NCBI GenBank assembly: GCA_965263035.1
Contig: OZ253580.1
Location: 160,001-224,000, forward strand
DNA: 64,000 bases
Direction: 5' to 3'
DNA from: Acidobacteriota bacterium
GTDB lineage: Bacteria > Acidobacteriota > UBA6911 > RPQK01 > JAJDTT01
Below are positions 38,262-46,938 of the stretch, one piece after another. A program made the position numbers and the translations under genes. The stretch's first letter is position 1. Each line of letters starts with the position of its first letter. Below the pieces are notes generated by a model. The model was not told where the DNA came from, ran no database searches, and was given only the letters and a program-made list of their open reading frames with translations.

Positions 38262-38678
38262 TCAGATATGGTAAACCAGAACCCGGTCATCCCGGATCTT
38301 GCGGCGAACCAGATCCTCGATGGAGATGGATCCGAGTTTTTCCACGAACTCCCGCTCGATCTCTTGCCAGACTTTGTACAGGACGCAACTTGGCTTCACT
38401 CTGGAATCCAGCAGAGTGACGTCTCCCTCCACCGCCTCCAGAATCCGCGCCAGACTGATCTCCCTCGCCGGACAGGCCAAACTGTATCCCCCCGCGGCTC
38501 CGCGGACACTCTCGACCATGCCCGCTTTCTTGAGCTGAATCAGAATCTGCTCCAGGAACCTCAACGGAATTTCCTGACTCCCGGCCAGCTCGCGGGCCTG
38601 CACGCGAGTGGTTGCGGGGTGCAGCGCCAGTTCGAAGATGGCCAGGATGGCGTAGTCGGCTCGCGCAGTGATCTTCAT
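38262..38678 (-). CDS. Rrf2-family regulator (CymR-like)
   Basis: FLEQILIQLKKAGMVESVRGAAGGY. Lacks the IscR three-Cys motif and ends in YHI. Confidence 0.92.
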   Translation of the reverse strand: MKITARADYAILAIFELALHPATTRVQARELAGSQEIPLRFLEQILIQLKKAGMVESVRGAAGGYSLACPAREISLARILEAVEGDVTLLDSRVKPSCVLYKVWQEIEREFVEKLGSISIEDLVRRKIRDDRVLVYHI

Positions 38679-38689
38679 TGAATCTCCAC

Positions 38690-38751
38690 AATCCCTACCG
38701 ATTTAGTCAACTTTCGCCGGCATTATGAGATTGCCTGAGAGATGATGTCAA
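38690..38751 (-). promoter_or_regulatory. Promoter and Rrf2-type operator of the rrf2-cysM operon
   Basis: TTGACA-N18-CATAAT (38751-38722), followed by AAAGTTGACTAAATCGGTAGGGATT (38714-38690), which resembles IscR/CymR boxes. Confidence 0.6.
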
Positions 38752-38779
38752 GAATCTGCCGGGTGGTGAGGACCTCCCG

Positions 38780-39619
38780 TCAACAGGTCACGAACTCGAC
38801 GTCCGGCCGGTGGGGAATCAGGCCGGCGGAGTAACCGCGGTCCAGGAAGAGGCGGACCGCCCGGCGCCCTTCCTCGCCATAGCTCAGGGTGCGCTGGTTG
38901 ACGTACATCCCGACGAACTGGTCGCCCTGGCGCCGGCCCAGCCCCCTGCCAAAACTCAGAGCATAGTCCAGGGCCTCGTCCCGATGTTCCAGGGCATAGC
39001 GGATGCTTTCCTTCAAGAGCCGGCTGACCTGATGGATCCGTTCGCTTCCCAGATCCCTTCGGATCACGTTCCCCCCCAGAGGAAGGGGAAGGCCGGTACT
39101 CTGGTTCCACCATCGGCCCAGGTCCACGACGCAGTGCAATCCCAGACTTTCGTAAAGCAGTTGGCCCTCGTGGATGATCAGACCCGCATCCACGTCTCCG
39201 GCCTGAACGGCGGGGATGATCTGGTCGAAGTCGATCACCCGGTATCGGAGATTGGGCTCCAACAGCTTCAGGGCCAGCAGGGCGGAGGTTTTCTCGCCCG
39301 GCACCGCCACCAGCAGCGAGGAGATCTCTTCCACCCCGAACGGTTTCCGCGCGACCAGAACCGGCCCATAGCCTTCCCCCATGCTGGCGCCGCTGTCCAG
39401 CAGGGCATAGCGATCGGCGAGATAGGCATAGGCATGGATGCTCACAGCCGTCACCTCGTATCGGCCCTCCTCGGCATCTTGATTCAGGCTCTCGATGTCA
39501 TTGAGTTCGTGCACGAATTGGAGTCCACTCGTGTCCATGGCGCCGGTGGCCAACGCGTAGAACATGAAGGCATCGTCGCTGTCGGGACTGTGAGCTACAT
39601 GAATAACCTGATCTGTCAC
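38780..39619 (-). CDS. mqnD: 1,4-dihydroxy-6-naphthoate synthase (futalosine pathway)
   Basis: AHSPDSDDAFMFYAL, GYGPVLV, IIHEGQL, GLPLPLGG, MYVN. GTG start after a GGAG SD. Confidence 0.88.
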   Translation of the reverse strand: MTDQVIHVAHSPDSDDAFMFYALATGAMDTSGLQFVHELNDIESLNQDAEEGRYEVTAVSIHAYAYLADRYALLDSGASMGEGYGPVLVARKPFGVEEISSLLVAVPGEKTSALLALKLLEPNLRYRVIDFDQIIPAVQAGDVDAGLIIHEGQLLYESLGLHCVVDLGRWWNQSTGLPLPLGGNVIRRDLGSERIHQVSRLLKESIRYALEHRDEALDYALSFGRGLGRRQGDQFVGMYVNQRTLSYGEEGRRAVRLFLDRGYSAGLIPHRPDVEFVTC

Positions 39620-39677
39620 TGAGGATCTCCTGTTCCGCCGGCCGTTCGGCCCAGCCCGGCACCGTCGAGAGGCCGCA

Positions 39678-40400
39678 CTATAGCAAAAATGAAATGATGT
39701 CCTGCAAGTCCTCCACGCGGTGCTCGGCGCGGCCCGCCCAACGTCGTTCGGGATCGTAAAGAAGAGCGTGCAGACCCGCCGCCCGTCCCGCGTCGTAGTC
39801 CTCCGCCGGATGGTCTCCCACATGGAGGCACCGGCCCGGGACGGACCCGGCCTGCCGGACCACCATCCGGAACATCGCTTCCTCAGGTTTGGCATGAGGT
39901 GACTCGGAGGAAACTGAAACCAGCTCGAAGAATCGCCGGATTTCCAACGCCTTCAGGACAGAGTCGATCCGGCTGTCGAAGTTGGAGACGATACCCAGGT
40001 TTCGCCCCTGGAGCTTGAGGCGGCCCAGGATCCGCCGGCATCCTGGCTCCAGTTCCCAGGCAGCGTCCGTGGCGAAGAGATCGAAGACCGATTCGAAGAA
40101 ACTGTCGAACCGGGGGAATGGCCCCAGGTCCCGGAAGGTTTCGCGAACCACCTCCCTCCACCACTCCTTCTGGGTGGTTTCTCCGGATCTCTCGGCCAGG
40201 GGAGACGCCGTCTGAACCTTCCGAAAGGCTCGCTTGAAGGCACGGTCGATGCGGCCGGTCCCGGCCCGATCCCGGGCGTCCCGGAAGCCGTGGCGGGACG
40301 CTTCCCGGCCGTAGATTTCCCCGACCGAACCGCGGACCCGAAACAGGGTTCCCACCGCGTCGAAGAACACCCATTGTATCTTCCAGGGTGGACCCATCAT
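39678..40400 (-). CDS. HAD-IA family hydrolase
   Basis: FFDAVGTL, VSNFD, KP, HVGDH..DY. Confidence 0.9.
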   Translation of the reverse strand: MMGPPWKIQWVFFDAVGTLFRVRGSVGEIYGREASRHGFRDARDRAGTGRIDRAFKRAFRKVQTASPLAERSGETTQKEWWREVVRETFRDLGPFPRFDSFFESVFDLFATDAAWELEPGCRRILGRLKLQGRNLGIVSNFDSRIDSVLKALEIRRFFELVSVSSESPHAKPEEAMFRMVVRQAGSVPGRCLHVGDHPAEDYDAGRAAGLHALLYDPERRWAGRAEHRVEDLQDIISFLL

Positions 40401-40453
40401 TTCCAGCCGGGAGCGGTAGTTGCTTCGGAGTTGTTGCCTGTTCTGACTACTAG

Positions 40454-40612
40454 GAGTCTGCGCGGTAGAAATGATCGTAGCGAGAAAGTGGGGAATCGAG
40501 GCCGGATTTTCTCGATTTTGAGGTGCATAGTTGTTCTATTCGCCGAGAAATCGAGGAAATATGGACCGATTCTACCGCTTTCGCAGTAGATCAATTTCTG
40601 CGGCGCAGGCTC
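40454..40612 (-). mobile_element. MITE family A copy 5 (159 bp, inverted)
   Basis: CTAG duplicated at 40450-40453 and 40613-40616. Confidence 0.93.
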
Positions 40613-40618
40613 CTAGCC

Positions 40619-43080
40619 CTGCCCTTTACCCACATATTGCACAGGGCAAATTAGCCGTCCGGTTTCATTCATGTTTCTTCTCGTAAAGCGAAGCCCAGAC
40701 ACATGCCGTAGAGCGTGACGTAGCCCTGCCACATCAGTTGATGCCCAGGTGGGGAGTCGTGTTTACGAGCCAGATATCCTCCCAGGCGGGCCAGCACGAG
40801 CACGGCCGCCCCCAGGTCTTCCGGCGCTGGGAATCCTCGCGACGCGGCAAACGCCCCCAGGACCCGAATTTCCAGATCCGAGAACAACAATTGCGCCGGC
40901 AGGTCCGGGTCCTCTCGCCCCAACAGCGTCATCAGCATGATCCGCCAGGCGATGACGGCGTGCATGGCGATGGCCCGTTTCAGACGTTCGGCGGTTTGGT
41001 GCTGGAGCTGTTGTACCCGGCATCCGGTCTTGAGCACCCGGAAATAATCCTCCACCCGCCAGCGCAGCGCATACCATCTCAGCAGTTGCTGCGCCGTCTC
41101 GACATCGGTCACCGGCAGGGTGGTGAGCAGGAACCATTCCAGGCGCTTCCCCTGCGCCGGCGGCGCGACCTCCCGCGCGTGCACCACCGACAGTCTCAGC
41201 GACGGGATGCCGGTTGGGTTCCCGCGCGGCGCCGGAATCGTCAGGGTCTCGTAGCGCAGTTCCATCCGAGCCACCCGCGCCAGCCGCCGCGGGCGGGCCG
41301 CCTGCTTGCTGGCCTTGATCCGCGCACTCTGACGCTTCACCTCCAGCAGCATCCGGGCCCGCACCGGCGCCGATCGCAGGCGCCCGAACAGCTTCCGCTT
41401 CTGCTCCGGGTCCGGATCCGCGCTTTTCCCGGCCGCCTTCGCCGGGGTCTTCCTCTTCAGCACCCGATCCTGCTTCGCACGCACCAGCAACTCCACCTCC
41501 GGAGACGCTCGTTGCTCGGCGAACAGTGCGAAAAAATCCGCCTCCCGGTCCACCACGCTGACCACCCGCACCCCGTCGAGGGACCGCGACACCTCGGCGC
41601 AGTCCCGAAGTCCCTCGATCCAGCGATACGTCTTCTTCTTTTTCCGCGTGGCCACCGGTCCCGGCTTCGGCGCGTCCAGCTTCGCCCGCAACACCCCCAG
41701 CGGCAGCCCCGTCTCACTCACCACCAGCGTCGCGTGCAGATGCAGTCCCCGCGCCGTCGCTCCCGTCTGGTTGCGCCCGATCACCCCCAGTCCCTCACAC
41801 CGGCCGTGCCGCGTGAAGTTCAGATCGCTCCCGTCCTGGATGCACAGCACCGTCCGCTGCCCCTGCATCCGCTGCCGGGTCCGCTCCCGGTGCGGGGCCA
41901 GGATGTTGGACACCGTCACCGCCGAGGCTTCCGGCTGGTCGATCAGCCGGTAGTATCCCTTGACCGCCGCCGGATCGCCCCGCGCCACTCCCGTGAACGC
42001 CCGCCCCGGCTCCTGCGCCTGACGGTGCGCACTCTCCACCAGTCGCCGACTCAAGCGCCGGTCTCCCAGCGGCGCCCCGCCCAACTCCTGCTGAGCCCAG
42101 CCCTCTCCCTCCAGTCCCTCGCCCTCCGACATCGGTTCCACTCCCCGCCTCGGCGCCGGTCCCACCCCCAACCGCCGACGCCAATCCCGGCACAACTCAT
42201 ACCCATAGATCGCCTTGCTCGTCTCCGCACCCCGGTGCGCCCGATCTTGCCGGCCTCGACCCTGCGTCTGCCCCAGAACCCTCCAGTTCGTGGCGCGCAA
42301 ACTGGCCCCATCGTGGCGAGCCGTCTCCACGAAGGTCTCCACCAGCCAGGGACGGTAGCCGTAGCGCGCCTGGAACTCCGGACCCAGCCGCCGCAACACC
42401 TCCCCCAGCACCCGGGAGGCCAGATTACGACACCTCACTGACGGACGGATCAGAAACCGGCTCAGCCCCACCACCCGGTGCAGGTGCGCCCGGCGTTGTT
42501 CCTCATCCCATCCGATCCAGCGGTCCCGGTCCCGCAACCGCAACGCCGCCGCCCCGAACCCCAAGCCCCCCAGCCAGCCGTGCGCCGAGCCCACCAGATA
42601 GCGTAGTTGAGCACCCACCAACGGCCCCGCGCCCCGTGGATGCTCTCGCGCCATCAACTCGTTCCAGAGCGCTCGTTGCGGACCCGTCTCCACCAGAATC
42701 AACTCCAGCTCCCGCACGCCGTCCACCGTCTCGGGCACTTCCACCGGCTCCGGCACCGCACGGCCCAGTCCTCGGGGCCCGCAATGTTTCACCCGCCGTC
42801 GCGGCGTCGGCAGACGAATCCGTCCGCCCGCCTCCAGCTCCCGGAGCGCCTTCAGGCAGCCGCTCCGTTGCGCCCGCCCTCGGGCATCGTGAAATCCAAA
42901 CTCCGAGCAGACCCGGTCCGCCAGCGCCGTCCGGTGGGCGAACTTCTCCCGCCTCATCACGGCGTGCAAACGATCCAACTCTCGGCTCAAGGTGCGCTTG
43001 ATCTGGTTCTGAACTACCATGTCGTGAAGACTACGACAGGCATTCTTGTTTGTCCAGCACTATTTGTGGGTATAGGGCAG
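40619..43080 (-). mobile_element. IS4-family insertion sequence (~2.46 kb)
   Basis: TIRs CTGCCCTTTACCCACA / CTGCCCTATACCCACA enclosing the transposase gene. Confidence 0.88.
40669..43020 (-). CDS. IS4 (IS50/Tn5-like) transposase with N-terminal DUF4338-like domain
   Basis: LGDRRLSRRL, IQDGSDL, DREAD, WYALRWRVEDYFRVLKTGC, LGGYLARKHD. N-half has SRFLIRP.V.CRNLAS and LVETFVE. Confidence 0.92.
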   Translation of the reverse strand: MVVQNQIKRTLSRELDRLHAVMRREKFAHRTALADRVCSEFGFHDARGRAQRSGCLKALRELEAGGRIRLPTPRRRVKHCGPRGLGRAVPEPVEVPETVDGVRELELILVETGPQRALWNELMAREHPRGAGPLVGAQLRYLVGSAHGWLGGLGFGAAALRLRDRDRWIGWDEEQRRAHLHRVVGLSRFLIRPSVRCRNLASRVLGEVLRRLGPEFQARYGYRPWLVETFVETARHDGASLRATNWRVLGQTQGRGRQDRAHRGAETSKAIYGYELCRDWRRRLGVGPAPRRGVEPMSEGEGLEGEGWAQQELGGAPLGDRRLSRRLVESAHRQAQEPGRAFTGVARGDPAAVKGYYRLIDQPEASAVTVSNILAPHRERTRQRMQGQRTVLCIQDGSDLNFTRHGRCEGLGVIGRNQTGATARGLHLHATLVVSETGLPLGVLRAKLDAPKPGPVATRKKKKTYRWIEGLRDCAEVSRSLDGVRVVSVVDREADFFALFAEQRASPEVELLVRAKQDRVLKRKTPAKAAGKSADPDPEQKRKLFGRLRSAPVRARMLLEVKRQSARIKASKQAARPRRLARVARMELRYETLTIPAPRGNPTGIPSLRLSVVHAREVAPPAQGKRLEWFLLTTLPVTDVETAQQLLRWYALRWRVEDYFRVLKTGCRVQQLQHQTAERLKRAIAMHAVIAWRIMLMTLLGREDPDLPAQLLFSDLEIRVLGAFAASRGFPAPEDLGAAVLVLARLGGYLARKHDSPPGHQLMWQGYVTLYGMCLGFALREET

Positions 43081-43086
43081 TCCTAG

Positions 43087-44685
43087 GAGCCTGCGCTTTA
43101 GAAAGTTTGTGGGACGATGCAGACTGTCGGTTCCCGCATTGACGATCCCTATCGCAACAATTCTTCCGGTCGGCAGTCAGGGGGAACTCCCGAGACCCGA
43201 CTCTTGGAACGAGAAAACCGGTTGCGGCGGGCTCGGAACCTCGTCGGCACCTCTGATTCGCACCGCTGGGGAGCCATTTTCAGTGGAACGCTCCTCATTT
43301 ACGTCGCGATCAAGGTTTGCAGCCGTTTCACGTTCAGCGCCAGACACACCAAGTCCCACTCCCCTTGCACCTTCTGGAGTCCTCGAAGGCTGAAACGCCG
43401 AAATCCCAGCACTTCCTTGATCCAGCCGTGGGCCGCTTCGGACCGCCATTTGCGGGTGGCGTATAGCGCCCGGCCCGCCGCCGTCGTCAGTTTCTCCGCC
43501 ATCTGCCAAGTCGCCGGTGCCGTCTTCGGATCTCCGCTTTTCGTCGCCTTCTTCCCCTCCCGCCCCAGCGCCACGTAACCGTCGATGCCCCGCGTCTCCA
43601 GTTCGGCCAAGTCCCGTTCGTTGGCGTAATTCGAATCCGCCAGGATCGTCTCCGGCTGTCGTTCGTAGGTCTCCTTCACCGCATCCAGTTGCGCGATCAT
43701 CTGACCTTGGTCGCTCGCGTTATCCGTCACTTCCGTCGCCACGATCAACTGATTCGCTCCCTCCACCGTCACCTGCGCGTTGTAGCACTGCTGGAACCCC
43801 TCGGTGCTCGTCTTCATGATCCCGCTCTCCGGATCCGTGAAGTTGCTCTGCGCCTTCGGGTCCGGTTCCCCGTAGGCCCGTTTGTACGGCGGCCCTCCCT
43901 TCGGATTCCGATCCTGTCCCGGCTTCCGGCCCCGGGCGTCATCCGCCGCTCGTGGCTTCGCCTCGAGGCGCTCTTGGGCCGCCTGAATCGCCGCCAGACG
44001 TGTCTTCCGCCGACGCAGATCCTTCGGCACCTCATCCCCCCGATTCGCCTCCCCATACCGAGCGTCTTCCTCGGCATCCGTCTCTCCCGCCCTTCGCAGC
44101 AACTCCCGGATCTCCTCCTCCAGTCGGCGTTTCGCCTCCGGCATCCGCTCGTAGCTCATCGCCTTGCGCTTGCTCGCATTCGCCCGCACCTTCGTGCCGT
44201 CGATCGACAACTTCCCGAAACTCACCAGCCCCAGTTCCCGCGCCAGCCCGATCACCTCCACGAACAGCTTCCGGAAGTCCTCCAAATGCCGGCGACGAAA
44301 CTCGCAGATCGTCCGATGCTTCGGGAAATTCCCCGCCGCCAGCATCCGATACGCCAGATCCTCTTCCAACTTCTTCGCCATCCCTCGCGATGAGAACCCC
44401 CCCGTCGCATACCCGTAGATCAGGATCTTCACCATCATCCTCGGCTCATACGGCGTGTTGCGCCGTCCGTCCCCTTCATAGGGGGCGTAAAACGCCGTCA
44501 GGTCCAGCCGGTCCACCAGATCGCTCACGTGGTGCGCCAAATGGTCCTCCGACAACCAGTCCCGCAGATCCGGCGGCAACAACAGCTTCTGCTTCGGGTG
44601 GTAGGGACGAAACGTCGTTGGCATCCAACACCTCCGTCATCTATTCTCCCATCATCGTGAGACGCTGTTTCTACGGCGCAGACTC
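43087..44685 (-). mobile_element. IS1182-family insertion sequence (1599 bp)
   Basis: TIRs GAGCCTGCGCTTTAGAAA / GAGTCTGCGCCGTAGAAA. CTAG duplicated at 43083-43086 and 44686-44689. Confidence 0.92.
43299..44624 (-). CDS. IS1182-family transposase
   Basis: LLLPPDLRDWL..DHLA, YEPRMMVKILIYGY, IDGTKVRANAS, NFTDPESGIM, YNAQ, LADSNY, GFRRFSLRGL. Confidence 0.92.
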   Translation of the reverse strand: MPTTFRPYHPKQKLLLPPDLRDWLSEDHLAHHVSDLVDRLDLTAFYAPYEGDGRRNTPYEPRMMVKILIYGYATGGFSSRGMAKKLEEDLAYRMLAAGNFPKHRTICEFRRRHLEDFRKLFVEVIGLARELGLVSFGKLSIDGTKVRANASKRKAMSYERMPEAKRRLEEEIRELLRRAGETDAEEDARYGEANRGDEVPKDLRRRKTRLAAIQAAQERLEAKPRAADDARGRKPGQDRNPKGGPPYKRAYGEPDPKAQSNFTDPESGIMKTSTEGFQQCYNAQVTVEGANQLIVATEVTDNASDQGQMIAQLDAVKETYERQPETILADSNYANERDLAELETRGIDGYVALGREGKKATKSGDPKTAPATWQMAEKLTTAAGRALYATRKWRSEAAHGWIKEVLGFRRFSLRGLQKVQGEWDLVCLALNVKRLQTLIAT

Positions 44686-44693
44686 CTAGCTTC

Positions 44694-45506
44694 TCACCGG
44701 GCCGCAACTTCCCGTTCGGATTTCGGAGGCTCCATGAAGTCGGACCAGATGCGGTCCAGGCGCTTCTCGAAAACGGTGAAGGCGTTGGCCCGAAAGAGGC
44801 GCCAGTCACCGCGGTTCAATTCCGAATCGAGCTGTCCCGAAGCCCATCCTGAATGCCCGACGAAGAGGCGGAGTTGGTGGGATTCCCTTTCCTCTTCCAG
44901 AAGACGCTCCAGCGTCTTCTTGTCGCCTCCGAAGTAGACGTCCCCCATCACATGCGTCGACTGTTCCAGCGGGTCCTCACTCCGGATCAGAAACATGAGC
45001 GTATCCAGACCCACCGGGCCTCCGTAGTAGAGTCGGGCCTTCCGACCTGGTGTTTCAAGCTGGGGCAGGACATCCTTCAAAGAGACCTTGGTAGCCCGGT
45101 TGACGATCACACCCAGCGTTCCGCCCGGGCCGTGGGCCACGAGCAGGACCACGGATTGGCGAAACCGGGGGTCGAGCATCCCCTTCCGGGCGACCAGGAA
45201 CACCCCCTTGCCCGGCTGGACCGCTTGATAGGGAATGCGGGGCCGCGGCTTTGGAATGGAAGCGGCTTCCGTTTCCATTCCGACACCCTGGCAGACCTGG
45301 AGCAGAACGCCCAGGGCCGCCCATCGCTTGACAGTCCGTGGCAAAAGTCCCGCGAGCACCGAGACCGTTCCTGCGCCCGCCGGACAAGGCGCGACGAGGG
45401 AGCATACCGGGAGTATGTGACCGAGTCGCAACGCAGTCCGCCGGGATGCAGGGACGGTCGAATGCCGTGACGACTTTTGCCACGGGCTGTTGAGGCTGAC
45501 CCGCAT
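44694..45506 (-). CDS. YqgE/AlgH family protein carrying an in-frame MITE-B insertion
   Basis: DPRFRQSVVLL, GVIVNR, YYGGPV, GHSGWASGQLDSEL. ATG 45506 (MRVSL), then 54 MITE-derived codons. Confidence 0.85.
   Translation of the reverse strand: MRVSLNSPWQKSSRHSTVPASRRTALRLGHILPVCSLVAPCPAGAGTVSVLAGLLPRTVKRWAALGVLLQVCQGVGMETEAASIPKPRPRIPYQAVQPGKGVFLVARKGMLDPRFRQSVVLLVAHGPGGTLGVIVNRATKVSLKDVLPQLETPGRKARLYYGGPVGLDTLMFLIRSEDPLEQSTHVMGDVYFGGDKKTLERLLEEERESHQLRLFVGHSGWASGQLDSELNRGDWRLFRANAFTVFEKRLDRIWSDFMEPPKSEREVAAR
45332..45489 (+). mobile_element. MITE family B copy 3 (158 bp)
   Basis: TIR CAGTCCGTGGCAAAAGTC/GACTTTTGCCACGGGCTG. TTGA duplicated at 45328-45331 and 45490-45493. Confidence 0.92.
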
Positions 45507-45523
45507 GGTTGCCGCCCAGTCTA

Positions 45524-46915
45524 CTACGATGATGGGACCCGAGAAAGAAGCGACTGCCCGACGAACGTGCCCCGCGGTTTGAGCATCAGCCAGAACAGAG
45601 CCGCCACCACGTACACGCCACAGAACACCCACAAGACCGGGGTCCAGTTGTCACCCGACGGTCCCAATAGCAACGGAACCACGACGGGAAACACTGCCGC
45701 TCCCAAATTCCCCGCCATGTTCATGGTGCCGAAGATCGTCGCCACGTTGTTCCCTCCCATGGCGATGGTCAGGGAATTGACGATGGGGCTGACGAGAGCG
45801 CCAAAGAAGCCACCCACCCCAATGAGAGAGACGGCAAGCAGGGGACTGTGAACCAGACATCCAGCCACCGTGAGCAGGACTCCGACCATGAGGCAGCCCA
45901 AGGCCATCCCTTTCCGGGCCATTGCCGCATTCCCGCTTCTGGAGTAGATCCAATCGGAGGCGATACCACCCAACGGTCCCCCGAATAGAATCGCAATCAG
46001 GGGAACACTCGTCAGCAGGCCCGACTCGGCCACCGAGACGCCTCGCGCTTCCTGCAGATAGGTGGGAAACCAGCTGGCATAAAAAATATACCCGGCGGCC
46101 CGGAAGAACTGCTGCCCGCAGATGGCCCACATGGCCGGACTCGCGGCCAGATGCTTCCAGGGCGTCCTGCCGGGTCGGCCGCGGTCCGATCCCTCGTCCG
46201 CCGCCCCTTTCGCTTCCTGGGTGGCCTTGGACTCGGCCAGCAGAAGATCCAGTTCTCCCGGCGTCACGGAGGCATGGTCCTGAGGGCGGTCACGAAACCA
46301 ACGATAGAACAGAAGCGCCCAGATCCCCCCCGGAAGCGCGTAGAGGACGAAGAGCCAACGCCAGCCAACACCCCATTCCAAAAGAATCCCGGTCAGGAAG
46401 GCGACGAGGATGGCTCCTATCTGCATCCCGGCTCCGAGAGAGCCACTCGAAACGGCCAACCGGTTCACCGGCATCCATCTCGACAACACGACCGCGGAAC
46501 AGGGGAAGAGGCCCGCCTGGGCGACTCCGGAGAACATGCGGGGGACCAGCAACCAGAGGTAGGCCGCCACAATCGCTCCCGCCGGTCCCGCCAGCCAGAG
46601 GGCCAATGCCGTTCCCGCCAACGCCGACAGCATGGTGCAGACCGACCAGACCACCGAGTAGAACGGGAGGGTCCGGCGGGCGCCCCAGCGATCTCCCAGC
46701 CAGCCGGCCGGCACCTGGAATCCGGCGTAGACCCAGAAGAAGCCGCTCAGGATCCACCCCATCTGCTCCTTGCTCAGTCCCAGATCGGCCCGGATCGTGC
46801 TCTCGGCCACCGAGATGTAGTTGCGCTGGATGTAGGCGATGGCGGCCGCCACGCAGAGCCAGACCAGGACGGAGTAACGGACCCGGCTCCGAGGAGGGGA
46901 CGGGGTAGCGGTCAG
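45524..46915 (-). CDS. MFS transporter (anion:cation symporter-like), probable CTG start
   Basis: RVRYSVLVWLCVAAAIAYIQRNYISVA, GWLGDRWGARR, about 12 TM segments. SD GGAGG precedes CTG 46915. Confidence 0.88.
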   Translation of the reverse strand: MTATPSPPRSRVRYSVLVWLCVAAAIAYIQRNYISVAESTIRADLGLSKEQMGWILSGFFWVYAGFQVPAGWLGDRWGARRTLPFYSVVWSVCTMLSALAGTALALWLAGPAGAIVAAYLWLLVPRMFSGVAQAGLFPCSAVVLSRWMPVNRLAVSSGSLGAGMQIGAILVAFLTGILLEWGVGWRWLFVLYALPGGIWALLFYRWFRDRPQDHASVTPGELDLLLAESKATQEAKGAADEGSDRGRPGRTPWKHLAASPAMWAICGQQFFRAAGYIFYASWFPTYLQEARGVSVAESGLLTSVPLIAILFGGPLGGIASDWIYSRSGNAAMARKGMALGCLMVGVLLTVAGCLVHSPLLAVSLIGVGGFFGALVSPIVNSLTIAMGGNNVATIFGTMNMAGNLGAAVFPVVVPLLLGPSGDNWTPVLWVFCGVYVVAALFWLMLKPRGTFVGQSLLSRVPSS

Positions 46916-46938
46916 GGAGAACCTCCGGAGCTATCGCA

